NCBI GenBank assembly: GCA_035547155.1
Contig: DASZVJ010000140.1
Location: forward strand, 209-64,208
Reading direction: 5' to 3'
Length of the DNA stretch: 64,000 nucleotides
From: Vicinamibacterales bacterium
GTDB taxonomy: Bacteria > Acidobacteriota > Vicinamibacteria > Vicinamibacterales > SCN-69-37
Shown: piece after piece, positions 9,706 through 18,794 of the stretch
How the letters are laid out: every line of letters starts with the position of its first letter
Position numbering within the stretch: the stretch's first letter is position 1
Program-made: the position numbers and the translations under genes
The notes under the pieces: generated by a model
What the model saw: the letters and a program-made list of their open reading frames with translations, nothing else
Told to the model about the DNA's origin: nothing
Database searches by the model: none

Positions 9706-10144
9706 CGGCCATGGCGTTGGACATCTCGCCGAGCGCGCGGGCGACGATCCGCCGGGTCGCGGGCGTGAGCCGCCGGACCGCGCGGATCAGATGCTCCTGC
9801 GCGGTCATCGGCGCCGTCGTCAACGCGGCGCGGCCGGCTTTCGTGAGCGTCAGAATCCGCTTCCGTCCGTCGGCCGGATCGACGCCGCGCTGGACCAGGC
9901 GCTTGGACTCGAGGCGGGACACGACGGTCGACACGGAGCTTTGATGCGTGAACGTGCGCCGGGCGACGTCGTTCACCGACATCGGGCCGGTGTCCGCCAA
10001 CCGGCTCAGCACAAACAGCTGCGCGCTGGTCAGGCCACTCTGTCGCTGTGCGTCCCTGGAAGATTCGTGCAGGCCTTGGACGATCCGGCGGATGCCATCG
10101 AGCACCGCCTTCACGTCACGCTCTGTTGATGTATGGGCACCCAT
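9656..10144 (-). CDS. MarR-family transcriptional regulator
   Basis: Winged-helix core LTSAQLFVLSRLADTGPMSVNDVARRTFTHQSSVSTVVSRLESKRLVQRGVDPADGRKRILTLTKAGRAAL. Start set to ATG 10144 (MGAHTSTERD), not the ORF-track maximum of 10288. Confidence 0.8.
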   Translation of the reverse strand: MGAHTSTERDVKAVLDGIRRIVQGLHESSRDAQRQSGLTSAQLFVLSRLADTGPMSVNDVARRTFTHQSSVSTVVSRLESKRLVQRGVDPADGRKRILTLTKAGRAALTTAPMTAQEHLIRAVRRLTPATRRIVARALGEMSNAMAVARRPAMFFETGGRHA

Positions 10145-10277
10145 ATGAACGACCCAGTTTATCACCGACCGGCACGCTGCGACGATATCGCGAGACCGAC
10201 GCCGCGCAATGATCGCCGGGCTTGAAGACCGACCCACCTGACTGACACGCAGGCGATGCCGTACGTGCGCATCGTGC

Positions 10278-10306
10278 TGGACAGCCAACCCACCGTAGCC
10301 TAGAAT
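10278..10306 (+). promoter_or_regulatory. sigma-70-like promoter TGGACA-N17-TAGAAT upstream of the ADOP permease gene
   Basis: TGGACA at 10278-10283, a 17-nt spacer, TAGAAT at 10301-10306. The ATG at 10322 follows 15 nt later. Confidence 0.5.
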
Positions 10307-10323
10307 GTCTAAGCCTTAGACAT
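10305..10323. promoter_or_regulatory. perfect 19-nt palindrome ATGTCTAAG-C-CTTAGACAT (candidate operator)
   Basis: Read directly. It overlaps the last 2 nt of the -10 hexamer and the first 2 nt of the ATG at 10322. A MarR gene is divergently encoded 180 nt away. Confidence 0.5.
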
Positions 10324-12940
10324 GCGATGGCTTCGCGCGCTCCGCGGCGGACTGCGCCGGTGGCTGTTCCCCGACGTCACGTCGGAGGAAATCCGCGAGG
10401 AGCTCGACTTCCATCTCGCGATGCGGTCGCGCGAGTACGAGCAGCGCGGTTCGAGCACGCGCGAAGCGCGGCGCCTGGCGGTACGGCGATTCGGCAATCC
10501 GTTGGTGTTTCAGGATCGCGGCTACGACGTGAGAGGCGGTGGCGTGATGGAGTCGATCACACGGGACGTCGTCTTTGCGCTGCGCATGCTGCGCAAACAT
10601 TGGGGCTTCACGAGCGTCGCGACGCTCACGCTGGCGATCGGCATCGGCGCCTCGACCGCGCTCTTCAGCGTCATCGACGCCGCGCTGCTCCACCCGTTGC
10701 CGTACAACCATCCGGAAGAGCTGATTGGGATCAACGTCGACGAACCGCAACCGGCCGGCAAGTCGTTTCTCCTCGCTCCGTCGCTGAACGACATCCGCGC
10801 GTGGCGCACGCTGTCGCACGTGATCGCGCACATCGGCATGGGGCGCGTGACGGGATTCACGCCGCTCATCGTGGAGACGACGTCCGCTCAGCGGCTGGTC
10901 GTCGCGACGGCCACGGAAGACTTCCTGGAGACGTACGGCATCACGCCGGTCATCGGCCGCGGCTTTCAGGAAGCCGATACGCGCCAGGGCGCGCCATCGG
11001 TGGCGCTGCTCAGCCACGCGTTCTGGCAGAAGGAGTTCGGCGGCGACGAGCACGTCATTGGCCGCGTCATTCGCATCCAGGACGAACCCGCAACCATCAT
11101 CGGCGTCCTGCCGCGAGGGTTCTACAACGAGACGGCGGTCTGGCAGGCGAGTCGATGGTCGCCAATGATGATCGACCGGCGCGGATCAGGCACACCGGTC
11201 ATCGGCCGCCTTCGGCCCGGCGTCACGCTCGAACAGGCTATGAAAGCGATGGACGATGTGCTGCGGCCGTCGGATGTCGGCGGTCAGGCGCCGGTCAAGG
11301 GCCGAACGGTGCTGACGTCGATGTATGCCGACGAGACGTCCGGATTCGGCAGCACGATCCGCACGCTCTCCTGGGCCGTCGCCCTCATCGTTGTCATCGC
11401 GTGCGTGAACGTGGCCGGCCTGCTGCTCGCGCGCGGCGCCACGCGGCAAACCGAGCTGGCGATCCGCGCATCGATCGGCGCGGGCCGTAGCCGGCTGATG
11501 CGACAGCTGCTCATCGAGAGCCTCGTCCTGGCTGTCGCCGGCGCGACCGTCGGAGTGCTCCTCGCGTACGTCTTGCTCGACTCGCTGGTCTCGCTCGTGC
11601 CGTTCAGCCTGCCGGCCAACGCGCCTCCCGCAATCAACGCGACCGTGCTCGCGTTCGCGGTCGGCGTGACGCTCGTCACCGCGCTGCTCTTCGGGCTCGT
11701 GCCGGCGATGGCACTCTCGCGGGCACGCCACAACATCACGTCACTACTCGGACGCGCGAGCCGTGGCGGCGGATCACCGCTCTCACGACGCGGCGGCCAG
11801 TGGCTCATTGGTGTGGAAGTCGCACTCGCCCTCGTCCTCATGGCCACGTCCGGACTCGTTGTCCGCAGCTTCGCGAAGCTGTCTGCCATCGATCTCGGAT
11901 ACGACCCGTCGGCCGTGCTCACCTTCGAAGTCGAGCCAGTCGACCAGTCGACGGCCGTTCGCAACGAGTTCTACCCGGCGCTCGTCGATCTCGTGCGGCA
12001 TCTGCCAGGTGTGCGGGCGGCCGGCGCGATCGATCAACTCGCGCTCACGGGTGGAGGCTCCTACGGCTTTCCCATAGCAGATACCGGCGCGAACGTCGAA
12101 GGCCCGGAGCGCACAATCTTGCCGGGCTACTTCGAGGCTTTGGGAATTCGTCCGATCTCCGGACGATTGCTTGAGGACGCGGATCGTGCCGCAGGGGATG
12201 CGGTCGTCATCAATGCCACGTCCGCGCGGAAGTACTTCCAAGACCAAGCAGTCGGCCACACGGTCCGTACGCAGGACAAGCCCCCTCGCCAGCTTCGCAT
12301 CGTCGGCGTCGTCCCGGTCATCCGACACGGCGGTCCTCAGGGCCGGAGCGGGCCCGAGATGTACGTCCTTCCCGATCCGCGTGCCGACGCGCCACTCGGC
12401 TGGCCGCTGGCCATCGTGATCGGCCTTCAGGACAGCGCGACGCTGAGTCGCGACCAACTTTCGCAGGCCGCACAATCGCTCAACCCGAAGATCGTCATCG
12501 GCCGCCTCCGTCCCGCCACAGCACTCATCAGCGAGCAGGTTGCTCGGCCGCGGCATCGCATGCTGCTGTTGAGTCTGCTCGGCGGATTCGGCTTCGTGCT
12601 GACGCTCGTCGGCATCTTCAGCATGACGGCGTACGCGGTCGCGCGGCGTACGCGTGAGATCGGACTCCGCATGGCCTTCGGCGCGAGCGCCGGCGACGTC
12701 GTGCGTGCGATGGTTCGCGACGCCGCCTGGCCCGTTGTCGCAGGCCTGATCGTCGGATTGCTGGGCGCCTACTACGCGTCGCGGATCGTGGCGTCGTTCC
12801 TGTTTCAGACGCCGCCGCACGATCCGGTGACGCTCGCGTGGGCGGTGGGCCTGCTCGGCATCGCGGCGTGCGTCGCCGCCTGGATTCCCGCGCGGCGCGC
12901 GGCCCTCGTCGATCCCGTCGCGGCGCTGCGCGTCGACTGA
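10322..12940 (+). CDS. ADOP-family permease (acidobacterial duplicated orphan permease; two MacB-PCD/FtsX modules)
   Basis: 872 aa. Has the characteristic N-terminus (LFPDVTSEEIREELDFHLAMRSREYEQRG...ARRLAVRRFGNPLVFQDR) and two FtsX-type 4-TM halves. No cognate ABC ATPase is adjacent. Confidence 0.85.
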   Translation: MRWLRALRGGLRRWLFPDVTSEEIREELDFHLAMRSREYEQRGSSTREARRLAVRRFGNPLVFQDRGYDVRGGGVMESITRDVVFALRMLRKHWGFTSVATLTLAIGIGASTALFSVIDAALLHPLPYNHPEELIGINVDEPQPAGKSFLLAPSLNDIRAWRTLSHVIAHIGMGRVTGFTPLIVETTSAQRLVVATATEDFLETYGITPVIGRGFQEADTRQGAPSVALLSHAFWQKEFGGDEHVIGRVIRIQDEPATIIGVLPRGFYNETAVWQASRWSPMMIDRRGSGTPVIGRLRPGVTLEQAMKAMDDVLRPSDVGGQAPVKGRTVLTSMYADETSGFGSTIRTLSWAVALIVVIACVNVAGLLLARGATRQTELAIRASIGAGRSRLMRQLLIESLVLAVAGATVGVLLAYVLLDSLVSLVPFSLPANAPPAINATVLAFAVGVTLVTALLFGLVPAMALSRARHNITSLLGRASRGGGSPLSRRGGQWLIGVEVALALVLMATSGLVVRSFAKLSAIDLGYDPSAVLTFEVEPVDQSTAVRNEFYPALVDLVRHLPGVRAAGAIDQLALTGGGSYGFPIADTGANVEGPERTILPGYFEALGIRPISGRLLEDADRAAGDAVVINATSARKYFQDQAVGHTVRTQDKPPRQLRIVGVVPVIRHGGPQGRSGPEMYVLPDPRADAPLGWPLAIVIGLQDSATLSRDQLSQAAQSLNPKIVIGRLRPATALISEQVARPRHRMLLLSLLGGFGFVLTLVGIFSMTAYAVARRTREIGLRMAFGASAGDVVRAMVRDAAWPVVAGLIVGLLGAYYASRIVASFLFQTPPHDPVTLAWAVGLLGIAACVAAWIPARRAALVDPVAALRVD

Positions 12941-12974
12941 ACGGACGAATTCCATTTCGTGATGTACTGAACTA

Positions 12975-13724
12975 GTGAGCCGGCCGAATCCTCGCGCAGC
13001 GGCCGCCCCTGCCCGCCGCGCGAACGCGACACCCGCGACGCTCGACGACATCGCGCAGCGCATCGTGTCCTGCAACAGCTGCGCGCGCCTCCGCACGTAC
13101 TGCCAGCGCATCGCGCGCGAGAAGCGCGCGGCCTATCGCAACGACACCTACTGGGCGAAGCCGGTGCCGGGATTCGGCGATCCCCACGCGCGCATCGTGC
13201 TCGTCGGCCTCGCGCCCGCGGCGCATGGCGCGAATCGCACGGGACGCATATTCACGGGCGACGGGAACGGCGGCTCCGGTGACTTCCTGATGACGGCTTT
13301 GCACGCCGCCGGCCTCGCGAGCCAGCCGTTCTCACGCGCGATCGACGACGGCCTCGAATTGCACGACGTGTGGATGGCCGCGTCGGTCCGCTGCGCGCCG
13401 CCGGACAACAAGCCGACGCCGCAGGAGATCGCGGCGTGCTATCCGCATCTCGTCGCCGAGCTCGACGCGCTCCCGCGCGCGCAAGTGCTCGTCGCGCTGG
13501 GCCGATTGGCGTTCGACACCTGCTGGAAACTGCTTGGCGATCGTGGACGGCCGAAGCAGAAGAAGCCAATCTTCGAGCACGGTGGCGTGTTCCGCCAGCG
13601 CGACGGCCTGTCGATCGTGATGTCGTATCACCCGAGCCGCCAAAATACGCACACGGGCCGGCTCACGCCGGCGATGTTGCGCCAGGCGTGCGAGAAGGCG
13701 CGGACACTGGCGAGAACGGCTTGA
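12975..13724 (+). CDS. uracil-DNA glycosylase superfamily protein, family 5 (UdgB)-like, Fe-S type
   Basis: GTG start. Cys cluster CNSCARLRTYC. Motif GLAPAAHGANRTGRIFTGD in place of the family-4 GEAPG. C-terminal HPS...NT motif (SYHPSRQNTHTG). Confidence 0.75.
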   Translation: MSRPNPRAAAAPARRANATPATLDDIAQRIVSCNSCARLRTYCQRIAREKRAAYRNDTYWAKPVPGFGDPHARIVLVGLAPAAHGANRTGRIFTGDGNGGSGDFLMTALHAAGLASQPFSRAIDDGLELHDVWMAASVRCAPPDNKPTPQEIAACYPHLVAELDALPRAQVLVALGRLAFDTCWKLLGDRGRPKQKKPIFEHGGVFRQRDGLSIVMSYHPSRQNTHTGRLTPAMLRQACEKARTLARTA

Positions 13725-13770
13725 GAGCGCGTTTCAGAACTGTCAAGTGCGCCGAAGGCGCCACGTCAAT

Positions 13771-13805
13771 TTCGAACTTCGAAATTCGAACTTCGAAGTT
13801 TTGAA
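13771..13805. repeat. five TTCGAAN heptamers
   Basis: ttcgaac ttcgaaa ttcgaac ttcgaag ttttgaa. Followed by the SD-like ggagtgggagg and the ATG at 13831. Confidence 0.85.
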
Positions 13806-13830
13806 ATGCACTTTTGGAGTGGGAGGCCTG

Positions 13831-15555
13831 ATGATGAAAATCTTGCGGACAACATGCGCGCTGGCGGGCGTCATGGCGCTCACCGCGCTTCTTGCCGGCC
13901 CGATGGCCGTCGGCGCGACGGCGCAGAGCCCGGTGCCGTATGTCCCCGTTCCGCCGACGACTCCTGGGGCCGGATCGATCCCCGAAGGCTTCACTCGAAT
14001 CTTCAACGGCAAGGACATGTCGGGCTGGCATCCGAGCCGGACGGCCCATCATGGAAAGACGCCCTCGGTCACGGTGAAGGATGGCGCGCTGTATCTGGCG
14101 CACAAGCCCTTCGGCCAGGGCGGCCTGCTGCTGACCAACAAGAAGTACAAGAACTTCGAGTTCTACGTCGAAACGGACCTGCGCCCCGGCTACAACAGCG
14201 GCATCTTCCTGCGGGCAACCGAAGAGGGCGCGGCGGTCCAGGTGGAGCTCGACGCCAATCGGGGGAACGGCGGATTGCTGACGGAATCGCTGGCGGGCGT
14301 TCCCCCACGCACGGTCGTGCAGGGCACGCCCATCGCTCAGGTCTGGAAGCAGGGGGAATGGAACTCGTTCCGCGTTCGCGTCGAAGGCGATGCGCCGCAC
14401 TACACGCTGTGGGTCAATGGCGTGCAGATCTGGGATATCCAGTATTCCGCCAACTACATGCCGGCCGGCCTGACCAGCGGCTTCATCGGCCTGCAGTTCC
14501 ACTTCCTAACCACCCTCATGCCTTCAACCAAGGTGGTGTCGCTGTCCTACAACACGCCGGGCGTACCGCTTGGCTTTCGCAACATGGCCATCAAGGAACT
14601 GCCGGACACGGCGGCCCCTGCCACTGTTCCGGCTGCCGCGTCCAATGCGGCCGCTGGTGGCCGTGGCGGCGCCGGTGGTCGCGGACCTGCGCCTCTCGAG
14701 CAGGAGACGCCACCACCTCCGCCGGGACCGGCCGACTATACCAACGCCATCGGCATGGATTTCATGAAGATCCAGACCGGAACGATGATCGAGGGGGCCT
14801 ATGACCCCTGCGAAATCCTCCCTGTGCCGGCTGGAACCGTGCCGCCAGCTCCTGCGCCCCTGGCCCAGCGCCCGCCGCGAGCTCCCTGCAGCACGGCAGG
14901 CACGTTCGGCTGGAGGCCGGAGCAATACGAGACGGCCGACAGGCTGCTGCGCGAAGACACCATCCTCGGCTTCAAGGTGACGATCGGCAAGCCCTATCTG
15001 ATGGGGCGCTACGAGGTCACCCAGGGCGAATGGAAAAAGGTGATGGGCGCCAACCCCTCCATCTTCCAGGGCTCCAAGGTGGCTGACGACGCCGATCGCC
15101 ACCCGGTCGAGAATGTCTCGTGGGAAGACGCTCAGGCGTTCGTGAAAAAGCTGAACGCGCTGGAGCACACCACCGCCTATCGCCTGCCGACCGAGTTCGA
15201 ATGGGAGTGGGCCTCGCGCGCCGGCCAGTTCCGCGCGCCATCGACAGTCGGCGAGCGTGAGATCGATCCGACCGCGGTGATGTCGGTGTTCAGCGGACCA
15301 ACCTGGATGGTGGGAAGCAAGCTGCCGAACGCCTGGGGACTCTACGACATGCTCGGCAATGTCTGGGAGTGGGTGCAGGACGTCTACAACGAGAAGGTCC
15401 AGCCCGATCCAATCCCGCCGACAACCGGCACGACCCATGTGCTCAAGGGCGGCAGTTACATGTCGCACTTCGCCAATGTCGCGGCGGCTGTGCATGCCGG
15501 TGGGCCTGGCGATGCCTTCGACACGGGCTTCCGGATCGTCAAGGACGTGAACTAG
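13831..15555 (+). CDS. secreted two-domain protein: N-terminal DUF1080 (3-keto-disaccharide hydrolase-like lectin fold), Pro-rich linker, C-terminal FGE/SUMF1-like domain
   Basis: Start set to ATG 13831 (MMKILRTTCALAGVMALTALLAGPMAVGATAQS, a signal peptide) behind an SD. The DUF1080-like part has GFTRIFNGKDMSGWH...GIFLR...GFIGLQFH. The linker is ETPPPPPGP. The FGE-like part has RLPTEFEWEWA, WEWVQD and LKGGSYMSH. Confidence 0.7.
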   Translation: MMKILRTTCALAGVMALTALLAGPMAVGATAQSPVPYVPVPPTTPGAGSIPEGFTRIFNGKDMSGWHPSRTAHHGKTPSVTVKDGALYLAHKPFGQGGLLLTNKKYKNFEFYVETDLRPGYNSGIFLRATEEGAAVQVELDANRGNGGLLTESLAGVPPRTVVQGTPIAQVWKQGEWNSFRVRVEGDAPHYTLWVNGVQIWDIQYSANYMPAGLTSGFIGLQFHFLTTLMPSTKVVSLSYNTPGVPLGFRNMAIKELPDTAAPATVPAAASNAAAGGRGGAGGRGPAPLEQETPPPPPGPADYTNAIGMDFMKIQTGTMIEGAYDPCEILPVPAGTVPPAPAPLAQRPPRAPCSTAGTFGWRPEQYETADRLLREDTILGFKVTIGKPYLMGRYEVTQGEWKKVMGANPSIFQGSKVADDADRHPVENVSWEDAQAFVKKLNALEHTTAYRLPTEFEWEWASRAGQFRAPSTVGEREIDPTAVMSVFSGPTWMVGSKLPNAWGLYDMLGNVWEWVQDVYNEKVQPDPIPPTTGTTHVLKGGSYMSHFANVAAAVHAGGPGDAFDTGFRIVKDVN

Positions 15556-15573
15556 GTCGCGCGGAGGTGCGCT

Positions 15574-15960
15574 TCACGCCTTGTTTCGAAGGATCTTGCG
15601 GCGATGGTGCGGAGCGTGAAAGAGGTGTGCGACCCACCGGCCGAGGCCCGGAGCCACATTCACCACCGTGTAGGTCACCGATGTCCCCTGTGAATCGGTC
15701 GTGACACTCCAGACCCCGCGATACCACCATCCGCCCTGCAGCGCGACGGCGCGAACGGCATCGTTCACGACGATCGCGGTGAGGTGCGGACCCGCTGCGG
15801 TCGATACCGCTCGTCCCGATAGCGCCACCGCGCGATCGTCAGCAGACAAGCCTGTGACGCCGTCAAGGACGCGCTGCCACTCGGCGTCAGCAGACTCATT
15901 ACTGTGACGTGTCGTAGAGACTTCGATGAGGCCGTCACTCGTGAACGGGATGGCGGACAA
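15574..15960 (-). CDS. hypothetical protein, possibly SRPBCC/START-like
   Basis: 128-aa ORF filling the gap between two confident genes. Beta-rich C-terminal half (GGWWYRGVWSVTTDSQGTSVTYTVVNV). The family assignment is a guess. Confidence 0.4.
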   Translation of the reverse strand: MSAIPFTSDGLIEVSTTRHSNESADAEWQRVLDGVTGLSADDRAVALSGRAVSTAAGPHLTAIVVNDAVRAVALQGGWWYRGVWSVTTDSQGTSVTYTVVNVAPGLGRWVAHLFHAPHHRRKILRNKA

Positions 15961-15968
15961 GTAAGCTT

Positions 15969-17393
15969 TTACGCCTTCTTCTTGGGTCTATAGACGTGCG
16001 TGGACAGACCGTAAAAGACTTCCGCGGCTTCCATGAGCGTCTCGGACAACGTCGGGTGCGGATGGATGCTGAGCGCGACGTCGCTCGCGAGCGCGGCCAT
16101 CTCGACTGCGACGACGCCTTCGGAGATCAACTCGCCCGCGCCGGAGCCGACGATGCCGACGCCGAGCACGCGCTCGGTGGCGGGATCGATGACGAGCTTC
16201 GTGAGGCCGTCCGGCCGATCGTTGGCGACCGCGCGGCCGATCGCGGCCCACGGGAACTTCGCGATCTCGACCTTGCGCCCCTGCTTCTGCGCCTCGGTCT
16301 CCGTCAGACCGCACCACGCGACTTCCGGGTCGGTGAACACGACGGCAGGAATCGCCTGCGGCTCGAAAACGGCGTTATGCCCCAAGGCCGTTTCAACAGC
16401 CACACGCGCTTCGTGCGACGCCTTGTGTGCGAGCATCGGCTCGCCGACGACGTCGCCGATCGCGAGGATGCTCGGCTCGGCCGTGCGCATCGACGCGTCG
16501 ACCGTGATGAATCCTCGCTGGCCGATCTGCACCTTCGTCTTGTCGAGCCCCGGCACCGCCGAGTTCGGACGCCGGCCGACGGACACGAGCACGCGATCGA
16601 ACGTCTGATCGCGCTCAGCCTCGGGCACGCTGTCGCCTTCGATGCGGACCTTCAATCCCGTCTTGCCGTCCGTGACGCTCGCGACCTTCGCGTTCAGCAG
16701 GATCTTGTGCAGCGTCGTCTCGAGCCGCTTCGTGAGGATGTTGGCGAGATCGCGATCGGCGCCCGGCAGCAGGCCGCCGGTCATCTCGACGACGGTGACC
16801 TTCGAGCCCAGCGCGGCGTAGACCGATCCGAGCTCGAGGCCGATGTAGCCGCCGCCGACGACGAGCAGCGACTTCGGCACGTCGGGCAGATCGAGCGCGG
16901 CGGTCGAGTCCATCACGCGTGGGCTGTCGATGGACACGTTCGGTACGGCGACCGGACGCGAGCCGGTCGCGATGATCGCGTGCTCGAACGTCAGCGTCTC
17001 CTTGCCGCCCTTGACGAGATCGATCGACAGCGTGTGTGGATCGACGAACGTCGCCAGGCCTTGGATGTAGTTGATCTTGCGGAGCTTCGACACCTGGCCG
17101 AGGCCGCCGACCATCTTCTGGACGACGTTGTTCTTGAACGTGCGGAGCTTGTCGAGATCGATCTTCGGCTCGCCGAAGGTGACGCCCCACGCCGACGCGT
17201 GCTTCGCTTCGCCGACGAGCTGCGCGACGTGCAGCAGCGCCTTCGACGGAATGCAGCCGCGATAGAGACAGACGCCGCCGGGATTCGCTTCGGGATCGAC
17301 CAGCGCGACCTGCAGCCCCATGTCAGCCGCGTAGAACGCGGCGGCGTACCCCCCAGGGCCCGCGCCGATGACGACCAGTTGTGCTGAAGCCAT
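15969..17393 (-). CDS. lpdA: dihydrolipoyl dehydrogenase (E3)
   Basis: FAD-binding site VIGAGPGGY. Redox-active disulfide GGVCLYRGCIPSK. C-terminal HPHPTLSE interface motif. Confidence 0.93.
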   Translation of the reverse strand: MASAQLVVIGAGPGGYAAAFYAADMGLQVALVDPEANPGGVCLYRGCIPSKALLHVAQLVGEAKHASAWGVTFGEPKIDLDKLRTFKNNVVQKMVGGLGQVSKLRKINYIQGLATFVDPHTLSIDLVKGGKETLTFEHAIIATGSRPVAVPNVSIDSPRVMDSTAALDLPDVPKSLLVVGGGYIGLELGSVYAALGSKVTVVEMTGGLLPGADRDLANILTKRLETTLHKILLNAKVASVTDGKTGLKVRIEGDSVPEAERDQTFDRVLVSVGRRPNSAVPGLDKTKVQIGQRGFITVDASMRTAEPSILAIGDVVGEPMLAHKASHEARVAVETALGHNAVFEPQAIPAVVFTDPEVAWCGLTETEAQKQGRKVEIAKFPWAAIGRAVANDRPDGLTKLVIDPATERVLGVGIVGSGAGELISEGVVAVEMAALASDVALSIHPHPTLSETLMEAAEVFYGLSTHVYRPKKKA

Positions 17394-17408
17394 AAACTCC
17401 GTCAGAGA

Positions 17409-18737
17409 TCAGAGAAAGATGCTGAGCGGCTGCTCGAGCGCGTCCGCGATGAATCGCAGGAACCGCGCGCCGTCGGCCCCGTCGATCACGCGGTGATCGT
17501 ACGAGAGCGAGAGCGGCAGGATCTCGCGCGGCACGAACTCGCCGTCGCGCCACACGGGCTCGATGGCGCCGCGCGACACGCCGAGAATCGCGACCTCGGG
17601 GTGATTGACGATCGGCGTGAACGACGTCCCGCCGATGCCGCCGAGATTACTGATCGTGAACACGGCGCCGGACATGTCGTCGAGCGTGAGCTTCTTGTCG
17701 CGCGCCTTCTGCGAGACGCCCGCGAGCTCGACGGCGATCTCCGTGATCGTCTTCTGATCGACGTCGCGAATCACCGGCACGAGCAGGCCGTTCGGCGTGT
17801 CGACCGCGACGCCGAGATGGCAGTAGTGCTTGAAGACGACCGTGTTGTTCGCCATGTCGACCGACGAGGCGAACTGCGGATACTTCTTCAGCGCGAGCGA
17901 GACGACCTTCAGCAGGATCGCGGTGACGGTCAGCTTGCCGCCGGCCTTCTCGACCTTGCCGCCCTGCGATTTCCGGAACGCCTCGAGCTCCGTGACGTCG
18001 GCGCGATCGTGCTGCGTGACGTGCGGCGCCTGCCACGCCCCGGACAGGTGCTCGGCGGTCTTGCGGCGGATGTTCGACATCGGGCGGACGTCGACGTCGC
18101 CCCACTTCGTGAAGTCGGGCAGCGGACCGCTCGCGATGCGCGCGCCACCGGGCTGCGCCAGCAGCGTCTTCACATGTTCCTTGACATCGGTCTGACCGAT
18201 GCGTCCGCCAGGGCCCGTGCCAGGCACTTCGGCGATGTCGACGCCGAGCTCGCGCGCGTAACGGCGTACCGATGGCGCCGCAGGCACGGGCGCGCCGGTT
18301 TCGACGCGCGCAGGCGCGGGAGCCGGAGCCGACGCCGCGGGTCTCGCCGCGGCGATGTCCACGACGGGAGCCGATGGGCGCGCGGCCGGTGGAGGCGGTG
18401 CAGCCGCTGCGGGCTGCGCAGCCGGGGCCGGCGCGGGCGCTGCCGCGGGAGTCGCCGCTGGCGCTTCGGCCTTCGGCGCTGCCGCAGCTGCCGGCGAGCC
18501 GTTGGTCTCGATCAAAAACACCGGCTGGCCGACTTTGACCTTCTCGCCGGCCTTGACGCGAACCTCGGTGATCTTCCCGGCGAGCGTCGACGGCACCTCG
18601 ATCGTCGCTTTGTCGGTCTCGAGCTCGAGCAGCGACTGATCCTTGGCGACGACGTCCCCGACGTTGACGAGGACGCGGACGACATCGCCCTTCTCGACGT
18701 TCTCTCCCAGCTCCGGCAATTTGAATTCAACGGGCAT
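17409..18737 (-). CDS. aceF: dihydrolipoamide acetyltransferase (E2) of pyruvate dehydrogenase
   Basis: One lipoyl domain (LETDKATIEVPS), an Ala/Pro linker, a subunit-binding domain (PSVRRYARELGVDIAEVPGTGPGGRI), and a catalytic domain with SYDHRVIDGA. Start set to ATG 18737 (MPVEFKLPELGE). Confidence 0.92.
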   Translation of the reverse strand: MPVEFKLPELGENVEKGDVVRVLVNVGDVVAKDQSLLELETDKATIEVPSTLAGKITEVRVKAGEKVKVGQPVFLIETNGSPAAAAAPKAEAPAATPAAAPAPAPAAQPAAAAPPPPAARPSAPVVDIAAARPAASAPAPAPARVETGAPVPAAPSVRRYARELGVDIAEVPGTGPGGRIGQTDVKEHVKTLLAQPGGARIASGPLPDFTKWGDVDVRPMSNIRRKTAEHLSGAWQAPHVTQHDRADVTELEAFRKSQGGKVEKAGGKLTVTAILLKVVSLALKKYPQFASSVDMANNTVVFKHYCHLGVAVDTPNGLLVPVIRDVDQKTITEIAVELAGVSQKARDKKLTLDDMSGAVFTISNLGGIGGTSFTPIVNHPEVAILGVSRGAIEPVWRDGEFVPREILPLSLSYDHRVIDGADGARFLRFIADALEQPLSIFL

Positions 18738-18794
18738 CCAGCTCTCCACCCTGACACACGGCCAGCGATCCGTCGCGACGCGCGACGAAGACGC

